From assembly GCA_035650575.1 (NCBI GenBank), contig DASRHM010000048.1, forward strand, positions 2,530-66,529: DNA of 64,000 nucleotides. Direction: 5' to 3'. Position numbers and translations under genes: made by a program. Shown piece after piece: positions 9,303-19,353 of this stretch. The notes under the pieces were generated by a model. That model was not told where the DNA came from. It searched no databases and saw nothing but the letters and a program-made list of their open reading frames with translations. Numbering within the stretch: position 1 is the first letter of the stretch; the number at the start of each line of letters is the position of its first letter. The DNA is from Dehalococcoidia bacterium. GTDB taxonomy: Bacteria > Chloroflexota > Dehalococcoidia > DSTF01 > JACRBR01.

Positions 9303-10484
9303 CTAGTCCCGCGGGAGGCCGAGGCCGCGCGTGGCGATGATGTTGCGCTGGATCTCCGACGTGCCGCCCGCGATTGTCGATGCGAGCGAGGTCATGTACG
9401 AGCTCTCGTAGCGGCCCTTCAGGGGCGCCGCATCGCCGTAGAGCTGGCCGTACAGCCCCAGGACCTTGATCCCGGTGCGCGCGATGCGCTGGTTGAGCTC
9501 CGACGCGAACAGCTTCGTCATCGACGCCTCGTGGTTCGGGATCATGCCCTTCGCCTGCATGGTGACGACGCGGTACGACATGAGCTTCGCGACGTTGGCC
9601 TCGACGTAGCGGTCGGCGAGCTCCATCTTCACCGAGGGCAGGTAGCCCGTGCGGCTCGTGCCGTCGCCCTCGTGCTCGCGCGCGTACTTCACGAGCTGGT
9701 CGAGCTGGAGGCGGATGCCGACGGCGCTGCCGATGCTCGAGCGCTCGAAGTCCAGGGTGGTCGTGCCGATGTACCAGCCGCGGTTCAGCTCGCCGACGAG
9801 GTTGCGCGCGGGCACCCGCACGTCCTCGAAGAAGACCTCGTTGAACATGTTCTGGTTCGCGAGGTTCGTGAGCGGGCGGACGGTGATGCCCGGGGACTTC
9901 ATGTCGACGAGGAAGTAGCTGATCCCCTTGTGCTTCGGGGCGTCGGGGTCGGTGCGCGCCATCATGAACATCCAGTGCGCGAACTGCGCGCCGGAGGTCC
10001 AGATCTTCTGGCCGTTGATCACGAAGTCATCGCCGTCGCGCACGGCCCTGGTCTGCAGTGACGCGAGGTCGGATCCGGAGCCGGGCTCGCTGAAGCCCTG
10101 GCACCATTGCACCTCGCCGTTCAGGATGCGGCCGAGGTGCTCCTTCTTCTGCTCCTCGTTGCCGTGGACGATGAGCGTCGGGCCGACCATCGACACGCCC
10201 ATGCCGCCGACGGGCGGCACGCGGTTCTCGGCGAACTCCTCGTTCATGATGAACTGTTCTTTCACCGAGAGCCCTGCGCCGCCGTACTCCTTCGGCCACG
10301 CCGGCGCGATCCAGCCGCGCTTCGCGAGCTTCTGGCGCACGTCCTTGAGCCGCTCGAAGGCGCCGCGGTACATGCCGGTCTCCGCGAGGTCGGTCTCCTT
10401 TACCGACGACGAGATCTCGTTCTTGATGAAGTCGCGGACCTCCTTGCGGAACGCGGCTTCTTCGGGGTTGTCGCGGAAATCCAT
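9303..10484 (-). CDS. acyl-CoA dehydrogenase (FadE-like), paralog 4
   Basis: MDFRDNPEEAAFRKEVRDF... GGTSEIQRNIIATRGLGLPRD. 393 aa. 23-nt gap to paralog 3. Confidence 0.88.
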   Translation of the reverse strand: MDFRDNPEEAAFRKEVRDFIKNEISSSVKETDLAETGMYRGAFERLKDVRQKLAKRGWIAPAWPKEYGGAGLSVKEQFIMNEEFAENRVPPVGGMGVSMVGPTLIVHGNEEQKKEHLGRILNGEVQWCQGFSEPGSGSDLASLQTRAVRDGDDFVINGQKIWTSGAQFAHWMFMMARTDPDAPKHKGISYFLVDMKSPGITVRPLTNLANQNMFNEVFFEDVRVPARNLVGELNRGWYIGTTTLDFERSSIGSAVGIRLQLDQLVKYAREHEGDGTSRTGYLPSVKMELADRYVEANVAKLMSYRVVTMQAKGMIPNHEASMTKLFASELNQRIARTGIKVLGLYGQLYGDAAPLKGRYESSYMTSLASTIAGGTSEIQRNIIATRGLGLPRD

Positions 10485-10702
10485 GATTCGTGTGCTCCTT
10501 CGCTAGCCGACGCTCGATCGAACCGGAGAACTCGGGCCCTGCAGGGCGTAACGTGTGCCGGCCGGCGACTGCGCCGGCCCGTCCGCCCGCCGAGGCAGCA
10601 GTCGTGACCGGGGGAACACCCTCCCCCCGTCAAAGGGCTGCATCCCCTGCACCCCCGCCGGCGGCCGTTTCGTCGCGCTTCGCCTCACGTGCCACCTGTG
10701 AC

Positions 10703-11920
10703 TCATGCCCGGGGCATCCCGAGGCCGCGCTGGGCGATGATGTTGCGCTGGATCTCGCTCGTGCCGCCGCCGACGGTGCTCGTCGTGGCGTAGAGGTAGG
10801 CGCTCTCCGCGCGGCCGTTGAGCTGCGCGTGCGGGCTGCCGCGGCGCAACTGCCCGTAGAGCCCCAGCGCCTTCATCGCGGTGCCGGCGATGCGGATGTC
10901 CAGCTCCGAAGAGAAGAGCTTCGCGACCGAGGACTCCTTGTTCGGCACGAGCCCGCGGTTCTGCATCGAGATGACCGTCGTGCAGAGCATCTGCTCGACC
11001 GCGGCTTCGACCGCCCGGTCGGCGATCTCGTTGCGCAGCGCGCGGCTCTTCGAGATGAAGCCCTCGCTCCGGTTCTCGCGCACGAAGTCCGCGAGGTCGC
11101 GCACCATCAGCCCGTGCGAGACGCTGGTCGCGATGCCGGAGCGCTCGAAGTCGAGCGTGGTCGTGCCGACGTACCAGCCGCGGTTCTCCTCGCCGAGCAG
11201 GTTCTCCTTCGGCACGCGCACGTTGTCGAAGAACACCTCGTTGAAGTCGTGGTTGCCGGCCATGTTGACCAGCGGCCGGACCTCGATGCCCGGCGACTTC
11301 ATGTCGACGATGAAGTAGCTGATGCCCTTGTGCTTCGGGGCATCCGGGTCGGTGCGCGCGAGGAGGATCATGTACTGCGCGACGTGCGCGCCGGAGGTCC
11401 AGATCTTCTGGCCGTTGACGACGTAGTCGTCGCCGTCCTTCGTCGCGCGCGTCTGCAGCGAGGCGAGGTCGGAGCCCGCGCCTGGCTCGCTGAAGCCCTG
11501 GCACCAGATCGCGTCGCCCTTGACGATCGGCGGCAGGTATTTCCGCTTCTGCTCCTCCGTGCCGTAGAGGATGATCGTCGGGCCGGCCCAGCCCGTGCCG
11601 ATGCCGTAGTTGCCGCCGCGCGGCGCGCCCGCCTTCGCCATCTCCTGGTTGAAGATGAATTGCTGCATGACGGTCATGCCCGCACCGCCGTACTCCTTCG
11701 GCCACGCCGGGGCGATCCAGCCGCGGGCGGCGAGCTTCTTCGCCCAGTCGGCGTTGAGCCTGCGGTACTCGTCCGTGCCGAGGCGGATGTCGTCCCAGCC
11801 GCCGCCCCCGAACATGGCGCCGAAGCCGCGGCGCGAGATGCCGGGCGGGCACTCGGTGCGGATGAACTCGCGCACCTCGGCGCGGAAGGCGGCTTCTTCG
11901 GGCGTGTCGTTGAAATTCAT
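10703..11920 (-). CDS. acyl-CoA dehydrogenase (FadE-like), paralog 5
   Basis: MNFNDTPEEAAFRAEVREF... GGTSEIQRNIIAQRGLGMPRA. Start set at the ATG preceded by GGGAGGG. The upstream extension to 12079 is low-complexity. Confidence 0.85.
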   Translation of the reverse strand: MNFNDTPEEAAFRAEVREFIRTECPPGISRRGFGAMFGGGGWDDIRLGTDEYRRLNADWAKKLAARGWIAPAWPKEYGGAGMTVMQQFIFNQEMAKAGAPRGGNYGIGTGWAGPTIILYGTEEQKRKYLPPIVKGDAIWCQGFSEPGAGSDLASLQTRATKDGDDYVVNGQKIWTSGAHVAQYMILLARTDPDAPKHKGISYFIVDMKSPGIEVRPLVNMAGNHDFNEVFFDNVRVPKENLLGEENRGWYVGTTTLDFERSGIATSVSHGLMVRDLADFVRENRSEGFISKSRALRNEIADRAVEAAVEQMLCTTVISMQNRGLVPNKESSVAKLFSSELDIRIAGTAMKALGLYGQLRRGSPHAQLNGRAESAYLYATTSTVGGGTSEIQRNIIAQRGLGMPRA

Positions 11921-11990
11921 CGGCCCTCCCGAGCCGGGTCGGCCATCGGCGGCGTTATTGTTCGCACCGTTGACGTTAACGTCAACTGCA

Positions 11991-12701
11991 TCAGAGCCCT
12001 CCGACGCCGGCGGGGGCGCGCAGCGGCAGACCCTCGCTGATGTAGGGCGGACGGGCGCCGGCGCGGGCCTTGACCGCATCGAGGTAGACGCGGCCCCAGA
12101 GCTGCGCGCGGGCGCGGTCCATCTCCCCCTTGAACCCGAGCAGGTGCATGAGGTCCAGCGTCATGCCGATGCCGAGGAACTGCCAGGCGACCATGCGCGA
12201 GTCGACCTCCGGGCGCACGATGCCGCGCGCCTTGCCCTCTTCGAGCGTGTCGGCGACGAACTGCACGAACGCCTCGAAGTTGTCGTGCAGGGCCTGGCGG
12301 ATGTCGGGGTCGTCGGCCTCGGACAGCGCGCGGAACTGGAGCTTCAGGTTCGCCGAGTGCGTCTCGAGGTGGTCGTAGTAGTACACGCCGATCGCCCACA
12401 GCGTCTCGATCGGGTCCTCGTACTCGACGGAGATCTCCTCCCAGATCTGGAGCAGGCGCGGGCCGGTCGCGCGGATCGTCGCCACGAACAGCTCCTTCTT
12501 GCCGGCGAAGTGGCGGTAGAGCGCGGCCTCCGAGATGCCGGCGGCGCGGGCGAGGTCGGCGGTGCCGACGCGGGCGTACGACTGGGATGCGAAGTGGCCG
12601 CGCGCCGCATCGATGATCTGGCGGCGGCGCTTTTCGGCGGGGAGCCTGCGGGCCCGCGGCTGTGCGGGGCGGCTCCTTCGTGGTTGTGAGTGAGCGCTCA
12701 C
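11991..12701 (-). CDS. TetR/AcrR family transcriptional regulator
   Basis: HTH motif RRRQIIDAARGHFASQSYARVGTADLARAAGISEAALYRHFAGKKELF. Proposed GTG start (GGAG 5 nt upstream) lies inside the palindrome GTGAGCGCTCAC. No ATG lies upstream of the HTH. Confidence 0.75.
   Translation of the reverse strand: MSAHSQPRRSRPAQPRARRLPAEKRRRQIIDAARGHFASQSYARVGTADLARAAGISEAALYRHFAGKKELFVATIRATGPRLLQIWEEISVEYEDPIETLWAIGVYYYDHLETHSANLKLQFRALSEADDPDIRQALHDNFEAFVQFVADTLEEGKARGIVRPEVDSRMVAWQFLGIGMTLDLMHLLGFKGEMDRARAQLWGRVYLDAVKARAGARPPYISEGLPLRAPAGVGGL
12690..12701. promoter_or_regulatory. 12-bp perfect palindrome GTGAGCGCTCAC (candidate TetR operator) in the TetR / SnoaL-like divergent region
   Basis: Perfect inverted repeat seen directly. 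It overlaps the putative TetR start codon. Confidence 0.45.
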
Positions 12702-12835
12702 TTGTACTCCGCACGGGGATACTATGCCGGCCCGCCCCGGCGGGTCAAGGGGGCAGCGGAGGCGATTTTCTGCTACATCGCCTCCCGTGCTAGGCTCGCC
12801 CGAAGCAATCGCCGTCGTGGACAAGGAGCCTCGAG

Positions 12836-13189
12836 ATGGGCGCCAAAACCCCGGGGGAACTCTCCCTGCTCTTCGCGAAGTACGTCGGCGAGGGCGACCT
12901 CGACGCGCTGGTGGCGCTGTACGAGCCGGCCGCAGCGTTCCACGACCAGGCGGGCACCGTGCATAACGGCGCCGAAGCCATCCGCGCGGCGATGAAGCCG
13001 TTCGCGGAGATGAAGCCGGACATCACCTGCGACCCGCGCAAGGTCGTCCAAACCGGGGACATCGCGATGGTGCACAACTACTGGAAGATGACCGGCGCGG
13101 CCGGGCACGCCGTCGAGGTCGCGCGCCGGCAGCCGGACGGCTCCTGGCTCTACGTGATCGACGACCCGTTCGGGGACCGCCAGGCGTAG
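12836..13189 (+). CDS. NTF2-like / SnoaL-like (DUF4440-type) small protein
   Basis: 117 aa. AAGGAG before ATG. Pattern 'VGEGDLDALVALYEPAAAF...G' is typical of the ketosteroid-isomerase-like fold. Divergent from the TetR gene. Confidence 0.55.
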   Translation: MGAKTPGELSLLFAKYVGEGDLDALVALYEPAAAFHDQAGTVHNGAEAIRAAMKPFAEMKPDITCDPRKVVQTGDIAMVHNYWKMTGAAGHAVEVARRQPDGSWLYVIDDPFGDRQA

Positions 13190-13198
13190 ACCGCCGGA

Positions 13199-14365
13199 CT
13201 AGGGTGCCGCCCCGGGCGCGGGCGCGGCCGTGCGCTCGTCGCTCTCGGCCGCTGGCGCCTGCCCCGGCGCGATGGCGCCCTCCTGTGCCGCCCAGGCGTC
13301 TTCGGCGACGCGCTTGATGGCGCCGGCAAGCGGCGCCGTCATGCGGCGGACGACGGGCGCGGCGAGCCGGGCGCGGACGGCGCCGAGCCTGCCGCCGCGG
13401 CGGAGCTCGAGGCGCACGGATACGCGCGTGCCGCCTCCGGCCAGCGGTTCCAGCTCGACGGTCGCGCGCATCGGCGGCGGGCTGAAGAGGCCGCGGACGG
13501 GATCGGACTCCTCGGTCCAGTAGCGGAAGGGACGCCAGTCCAGGTAGCGGTGGAGCGAGAGGGCGCCGCCGTGGGCGCAGTGCGTCGTGCTGCCGAGCCC
13601 GGTGCGGCCGGCTTGGTTGGGAGCGTGGTCGAGACCGGTGAGACGCGACTCCCAGGAGAGGCGCTTCTTCGCATCGAACCAGGCGTCCCAGACGACGGCG
13701 GCGGGCGCACCGACCTCGGCGCTGAACGCGCAGTCGGCCTCGTCGGCCGAGACGTAGACGCGGCGCGCCTCGCGCATCGCGCGGGCGACGGGCGCAAGGT
13801 CGTGCACGCGCGCCTCGACGGCGCCGAAGCGCTCCACCTCTTCGATGTGCTGCGGGAGCGCGAGCTGCGCCGGCATGCAACCGCAAAACGCCTCGGTGAA
13901 GAGCGCGTAGGCGCGGACGCCCGTGCGTTCCGTGACGTCGTTCTTCAGGAGGCGGTGGGCGAGGATCACGTCGGCGCCGGTGAGTTCGCCGCCGGCATCG
14001 ACCCACTCGCCGTGGTGGACGACGAACTTGAGGTCGAGCGTGCCGATGGAGGCGCACGCGCGGCACGTGCAGGTGGTGGCGCGCTGCATGTCGAAGAGCC
14101 GGTCTCCGAACGCGACGTAGCAGGCCTCGACGAGCTCGATGACGCGTTCGGGGCTGCCGAACAGGGTGTCGTCGGCGCAACAGAAGACACAGTCGCCTTC
14201 GAGCTTCACCAGGCGCAGCGGCGGCGCGAGGGCGTCGCGGATCACCGAGATGAGCTCATCGACGATGCCGCTCGCGTGCTCGAGCTCGCTGCCGGTGAGG
14301 AACGCCGTGTAGCCGGCGATGTCGGCGAGGACAAGGTAGCCATGTCGCGGCACAGGTGTGCTCAC
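13199..14365 (-). CDS. DUF2652-like protein with C-terminal SRPBCC/START-like domain
   Basis: N-terminus GYLVLADIAGYTAFL is the DUF2652 signature. The C-terminal half resembles polyketide-cyclase/SRPBCC proteins. Confidence 0.5.
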   Translation of the reverse strand: MSTPVPRHGYLVLADIAGYTAFLTGSELEHASGIVDELISVIRDALAPPLRLVKLEGDCVFCCADDTLFGSPERVIELVEACYVAFGDRLFDMQRATTCTCRACASIGTLDLKFVVHHGEWVDAGGELTGADVILAHRLLKNDVTERTGVRAYALFTEAFCGCMPAQLALPQHIEEVERFGAVEARVHDLAPVARAMREARRVYVSADEADCAFSAEVGAPAAVVWDAWFDAKKRLSWESRLTGLDHAPNQAGRTGLGSTTHCAHGGALSLHRYLDWRPFRYWTEESDPVRGLFSPPPMRATVELEPLAGGGTRVSVRLELRRGGRLGAVRARLAAPVVRRMTAPLAGAIKRVAEDAWAAQEGAIAPGQAPAAESDERTAAPAPGAAP

Positions 14366-14719
14366 GAGGCTGATCGTCGAGCGCCGGGGGACCGCGAGTC
14401 AAGGGCCGGGACCGGTCTTCGGCCGCCGCCGGCGGGGAGGCGTGCGCCCGGCCGCGATCGTCATCGGTCGGACGAGCCTGCGATGGCGCGATGATCCGGG
14501 TGCGCGGCCCTTGACGAAAGTCAACGGCAGGTCGACAATCCCCTCCCCGCTACATTTACCAACCGTACTGTTTTTCCTGCGAGCATTCATCGTGATACGA
14601 CCGACGAGCGCTCGCAGCGCGCCGCCCGGCGGAAAGGAGTTACCGATAGCACGAGGACGCGGCTTGCCGCATGACGCAGGCAAGGCAAGGACGATGGGGG
14701 TAGCCAAGGATTGGAAGGA

Positions 14720-17125
14720 ATGGACGCCACAATCGGGCGGCGCCTCGCGACGCTCGCTCTCGCAATCAGCATCGGCATCGCACTACTGAGCTTCTCCGGC
14801 GGGCGCACGGCGCACGCCGACGGCGTCCCGCTGGCCGACGGCGACGTCCTCGGCGGGGCCGGCCTCGGGCAGATCAAGCACTTCGACCCCACCGGCACGC
14901 TGGTGGATACCCTCGATACCACGACCGGCAGCACCGAGGATTCGGGCATGTGCTTCGATGCCGCCGGTAACCTCTACACCACGAACTTCCAGGCGCAGTC
15001 CATGAGCAAGTTCGACGCGCTCGGGAACCTGGTCGGCGCGTTCGGCAGCGGCTTCAACGCGGACCCGGAGAGCTGCGTGGTGGACGTCTCGGGGAATGTC
15101 TACGTGGGCCAGGCGGACGGGACGGCGGACGTGCTGAAGTTCGACAGCACGGGCGCGCTCATCGACTCGTTCAATGTGGCGACGGAGGACCGCGGATCGG
15201 ACTGGATCGACCTCGCGGCCGACCAGTGCACGCTGCAGTACACGAGTGAAGGGTCGCTCCTCAAGCGATACAACGTGTGCACGGACACGCAGCTACCGGA
15301 CTTCGCGACGGGGCTGCCAGCGCCGTGCTTCGCCAACCGCATCCTCGCGGACGGCGGCAGCCTCATCGCCTGCTTCCCGGAGATCAAGCGCGTGGACGCA
15401 ACGGGGGCGATCGTGCAGACGTACGACGTCTCCGGTGAAGATAACTGGTTCGCGCTGAACCTCGACCCGGACGGCACGTCCTTCTGGAGCGCGGACATCT
15501 TCAGCGGCGAGATCTTCAAGTTCGACATCGCGACCGGGGCGGTGCTCCTGAACTTCAACTCCGCGCCCAACACGACGCTGGCGGGGCTGGCGATCGTTGG
15601 CGAGATCACGCAGGGTGGCGGCGGTTGCGCTGACGGCGTCATCTCGCCGGCCAACGTGGAAGCGGTGATCTTCCCCGGCTCGTCGGTCGACATCGAGAAG
15701 TGCGTCGAGGTGCCGGCGATCCCGCCGAAGGCGGACATCATCTTCCTCGCCGACACGACCGGGAGCATGGGCCCGGCGCTCGCCAACGTGCAGACGAACG
15801 CGAGCGGGATCCTGACGCTGATCAACCTCGGCTCCGCAGACGCGCAGTTCGGGGTGGCGGACTACAAGGACTTCGCGTGCGACCCGCAGCCATTCACGCT
15901 GGGGCAGGCGGTCACGGCGAACGCGACCGACGTCCAGAACGCGATCAACGCCTGGACGGCGCCGCCGGGAGCGGGCTGCGATGCGCCTGAGTCGCAGCTG
16001 TATGCGCTGGAGAAGATCGCCACCGACCCGGCGATCGGGTTCCGGACCGGGGCGAGCAAGATCGTCGTCTGGTTCGGGGACTGCCCGGGGCACGACCCCG
16101 TCCCGGCCGCGGCGACGGGCCTCGGCAGCGATCTGACGGAAGCGAGCGTCACGGCGGACCTGGTTTCGGCGGGCGTCAAGGTCGTCGCGATCAGCGTGGA
16201 CACCGGCTGCCCGGACGGGCTCGATGGTGACCCGCTGTTCTTCGGCGGGGATTACGCGCTGGCGTTCGGGACGGTCGAAGGAGGCCTGCCCGGGCAAGCG
16301 ACGCGGATCACGACCGCGACGGGCGGCGCGCTCCTCTCGAACGTGAGCGCTTCGGACGTCTCGCAGGCGATCCTGCAGGCGATCGGGTCGGTGTCCGTGG
16401 AGGTCGCGATGGCGAGCGACTGCACGAGCCCGATCACGACGACATTCGTGCCCGCGAGCCAGACGGTCTCCGCCGGCGGCACGGCGACGTTCACCGAGAC
16501 GATCAGCGTGTCCTCGACGGCGCCGGGCGGCACCTACGAGTGCGACGACACGGCGACCATCGACGGCCAGCCGCTCCTCGACCGGACGGGAGCCGTTGCG
16601 AAGGAGCACAAGGTCATCAAGGTGCCGGAGGGCTTCCTCACCGGCGGCGGCCAGATCATCACCGGCCGTGGCAACGGGGAGAAGAAGATCAGCTTCGGCG
16701 GCAACGTCGGGTACTTGGCCGATTTCTCGCTGGTCGGGCAGTGGGAGACGAACTTCCACAACGTCGGCGTGACCGCGCTGAACGGGACGAAGTTCCACTC
16801 TACGGCGATCACGTCGCTGCAGTTCTACAAGGACGCCGGCACCGGCCCGAACCCGCCGCCGGCGAACGCCAACGTCGGGCGCTTCGAGGCGACGGGACGG
16901 CTCGACAATGTTGACGGATACCGGCTCGTGGTCTGCCTGGCTGACCGTGGCGAACCGGGCAAGAAGGACAGCATCCGCGTGCAGCTGTACAACCCGTCGA
17001 ACGCGCTCGTGTACGACTCGTATCCAACGTTCGCGAGCAAGGACAACACGCTTAGCGGGGTGTGCGCGAACCGCACATGGCTCGCGGCAGGCAACTTCCA
17101 GATCCACTCGGGAGTGAAGAACTAG
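14720..17125 (+). CDS. secreted multidomain protein: signal peptide, beta-propeller-like repeats, vWA domain (MIDAS DxTGS)
   Basis: Signal peptide MDATIGRRLATLALAISIGIALLSFSGGRTAHA. Repeated 'D..G.L.' blades. vWA motif IIFLADTTGSMGP. Start could also be TTG 14711. Confidence 0.7.
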   Translation: MDATIGRRLATLALAISIGIALLSFSGGRTAHADGVPLADGDVLGGAGLGQIKHFDPTGTLVDTLDTTTGSTEDSGMCFDAAGNLYTTNFQAQSMSKFDALGNLVGAFGSGFNADPESCVVDVSGNVYVGQADGTADVLKFDSTGALIDSFNVATEDRGSDWIDLAADQCTLQYTSEGSLLKRYNVCTDTQLPDFATGLPAPCFANRILADGGSLIACFPEIKRVDATGAIVQTYDVSGEDNWFALNLDPDGTSFWSADIFSGEIFKFDIATGAVLLNFNSAPNTTLAGLAIVGEITQGGGGCADGVISPANVEAVIFPGSSVDIEKCVEVPAIPPKADIIFLADTTGSMGPALANVQTNASGILTLINLGSADAQFGVADYKDFACDPQPFTLGQAVTANATDVQNAINAWTAPPGAGCDAPESQLYALEKIATDPAIGFRTGASKIVVWFGDCPGHDPVPAAATGLGSDLTEASVTADLVSAGVKVVAISVDTGCPDGLDGDPLFFGGDYALAFGTVEGGLPGQATRITTATGGALLSNVSASDVSQAILQAIGSVSVEVAMASDCTSPITTTFVPASQTVSAGGTATFTETISVSSTAPGGTYECDDTATIDGQPLLDRTGAVAKEHKVIKVPEGFLTGGGQIITGRGNGEKKISFGGNVGYLADFSLVGQWETNFHNVGVTALNGTKFHSTAITSLQFYKDAGTGPNPPPANANVGRFEATGRLDNVDGYRLVVCLADRGEPGKKDSIRVQLYNPSNALVYDSYPTFASKDNTLSGVCANRTWLAAGNFQIHSGVKN

Positions 17126-17162
17126 GTCTGCGAGTTCGGCAGCATCCCGCGGGATCCACGCA

Positions 17163-17190
17163 GCGGCGGGGAGGACACCCTCCCCGCCGC
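17163..17190. terminator. GC-rich hairpin after the secreted-protein gene
   Basis: GCGGCGGGGAGG-acacc-CTCCCCGCCGC (11-bp stem) lies 38 nt after the stop at 17125. No U-tract. Confidence 0.45.
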
Positions 17191-17334
17191 TGTCGTGCCG
17201 GCCGTTTCGCGGTCGCTCGCAGCGCGAGGCCGCCGCGCCCCGGGGCCGGACGTTGACAGTAGCCGGCGCGCCCCGTTACGGTGGAGCTGCTTACATTCGA
17301 TAAGCATCGCCTCGATCACCTGAAGGAGCCGCGC

Positions 17335-18351
17335 ATGCCCGCCGTCACCGCCGAGACGCTCACCCTTCCGCGCATCACGCCGCCCGGCGAGCACGGCACC
17401 GAGTGGCGTCCGGTCGCGCGCGTCGTGACGGCGCACCGCCAGCTCGAGGGCGAGGGCTTCGAGGTGCGGCGGCCCTTCCCCGGATACGAGCTGTCGCTCG
17501 CGGACCCGTTCCTGCTGCTCGACCACATGGGCGCGGTGGAGTACGCGCCGGGCGAAGCGAAGGGCACGCCCTGGCACCCGCACCGCGGCTTCGAGACGGT
17601 GACGTACATGATCGACGGCGCCTTCGAGCACCAGGACACGACTGGCGGCGGCGGGCTGATCACCGACGGCGCGACGCAGTGGATGACCGCCGGCGCAGGC
17701 ATCCAGCACATCGAGCGGCCGCCGGACCGGCTCGTCGCGAAGGGAGGGCTGTTCCACGGCATCCAGCTCTGGGTGAACCTGCCGGCCGCCCAGAAGTGGC
17801 TGCCGCCGCGCTACCAGGACATCGGCGCGCGCGACGTGGCGCTGCTCTCGAACGAGGACGGCTCGTCCCTCGTGCGCATCATCGCCGGCGAGCTCGACGG
17901 GCACCGCGGGCCGGGGATGACCTACACGCCGATCACCTACCTGCACGCGACGGTGGCGCCGGGGTCGCGGCTGCGCTTGCCATGGCCGCGCGACTTCAAC
18001 GCGCTGGTGTACGTGCTCGCGGGCCGCGGCTACGCCGGTGTCGAGGAGCGCCCGCTCGATGAGGGGCAGCTCGCGGCGTTCGGCCCGGGTGATGCGCTCG
18101 CGGTGCGGGCGGCGGACCGCCAGCCTTCGCCGGCGGCCGCGGGGTGGGAGATCCTCGTGCTCGGCGGGCTGCCGATCCGCGAGCCGATCGCGCGTTACGG
18201 GCCGTTCGTGATGAACACGCGCGAGGAGATCTACCAGGCGATCGAGGACTACCACGCCGGCAAGATGGGCGTGATCCCCGCCGCGCGCGTCCCCCACGCG
18301 ACGAGCGCCGACGAGCCGAAGGATCACGCGGCGAAGGACGCGCCGGCGTAG
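17335..18351 (+). CDS. pirin family protein (bicupin, quercetin 2,3-dioxygenase-like)
   Basis: GAAGGAG before ATG 17335. Motifs HPHRGFETVTYMIDG and GIQLWVNLP. Confidence 0.8.
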   Translation: MPAVTAETLTLPRITPPGEHGTEWRPVARVVTAHRQLEGEGFEVRRPFPGYELSLADPFLLLDHMGAVEYAPGEAKGTPWHPHRGFETVTYMIDGAFEHQDTTGGGGLITDGATQWMTAGAGIQHIERPPDRLVAKGGLFHGIQLWVNLPAAQKWLPPRYQDIGARDVALLSNEDGSSLVRIIAGELDGHRGPGMTYTPITYLHATVAPGSRLRLPWPRDFNALVYVLAGRGYAGVEERPLDEGQLAAFGPGDALAVRAADRQPSPAAAGWEILVLGGLPIREPIARYGPFVMNTREEIYQAIEDYHAGKMGVIPAARVPHATSADEPKDHAAKDAPA

Positions 18352-18393
18352 CCCTCGCGCGCGGGGGCCGGCGATCCGCTACGCTCGTCGGCG

Positions 18394-19248
18394 ATGCCGA
18401 CGACCGCCGTGCTGCTGATCACGTGCGCCGACCAGAAGGGGCTGGTCGCCGCGGTGTCCGACTTCCTGTATCGCCACGACGGGAACATCGTCCACGCCGA
18501 CCAGCACACCGACGCCGAGAAGGGCGTCTTCCTGCAGCGCGTCGAGTGGGAGCTGGAGGGCTTCGGCGTACCGCGGGACGGCATCGCCGAGGCGTTCCGC
18601 CCCCTCGCCGAGCGCTTCGGCATGCGCTGGGCGCTGCACTTCTCCGACGAGCGCCCCCGCGTCGCCGTGCTGGTGTCGAAGCTGGAGCACTGCCTGTACG
18701 ACCTGCTCGCCCGCTGGCGGATGGGCGAGCTGCGCGCGGAGGTCCGGCTCGTCGCGAGCAACCACGAGGATGCGCGCCCGACGGCCGAGCGCTTCGGCGT
18801 GGCGTTTCACCATCTGCCGGTGACGCACGACACGCGCGCGGCGCAGGAGCAGGCGCTCTCGGCGCTGCTCGACGCCGAGGGCATCGAGCTCATCGTGCTG
18901 GCGCGCTACATGCAGGTGCTGAGCGCGGGCTTCGTCGAGCGCTACGCCGGCCGGGTCATCAACATCCATCACTCGTTCCTGCCGGCGTTCGCGGGCGCGC
19001 GGCCGTACCACCAGGCGCACGAGCGCGGGGTGAAGGTGATCGGCGCGACGGCGCACTACGCGACGCCGGAGCTGGACGCGGGGCCGATCATCGAGCAGGA
19101 CGTGGTGCGGGTGAGCCATCGCGACTCCGTGCGCGACCTGGTGCGCAAGGGACGCGACCTCGAGCAGATCGTGCTGGCGCGCGCGGTGGACCTGCACCTG
19201 CGGCGGCGCGTGATCGTGTACGGGAACAAGACGGCCGTCTTTGGGTAA
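18394..19248 (+). CDS. purU: formyltetrahydrofolate deformylase
   Basis: ACT domain at the N-terminus plus formyltransferase motifs (INIHHSFLPAFAGARPY, ATAHYATPELDAGPII). Confidence 0.85.
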   Translation: MPTTAVLLITCADQKGLVAAVSDFLYRHDGNIVHADQHTDAEKGVFLQRVEWELEGFGVPRDGIAEAFRPLAERFGMRWALHFSDERPRVAVLVSKLEHCLYDLLARWRMGELRAEVRLVASNHEDARPTAERFGVAFHHLPVTHDTRAAQEQALSALLDAEGIELIVLARYMQVLSAGFVERYAGRVINIHHSFLPAFAGARPYHQAHERGVKVIGATAHYATPELDAGPIIEQDVVRVSHRDSVRDLVRKGRDLEQIVLARAVDLHLRRRVIVYGNKTAVFG

Positions 19249-19353
19249 GCGGTCCACCGGGTGTCGCCGGCGCACCCACCCGCCTCATATCGATTTGTTC
19301 GAATCCGGGCAGGGGACACGCTTGGACCCCCTGCACCCCCGGTAGGATCGACG

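Noticed and set aside
14358-14789. Overlapping ORFs 14358..14789(+) and 14399..14707(-) in the divergent region before the secreted vWA gene
   Set aside because: This is a low-GC promoter-like region. The translations are low-complexity and have no SD-supported starts.
19275-19295. GTTCGAATCC (tRNA T-loop-like 10-mer) in the purU / methyltransferase intergenic region
   Set aside because: No flanking T-stem, acceptor stem or anticodon arm can be formed, so this is a chance match and not a tRNA or att remnant.
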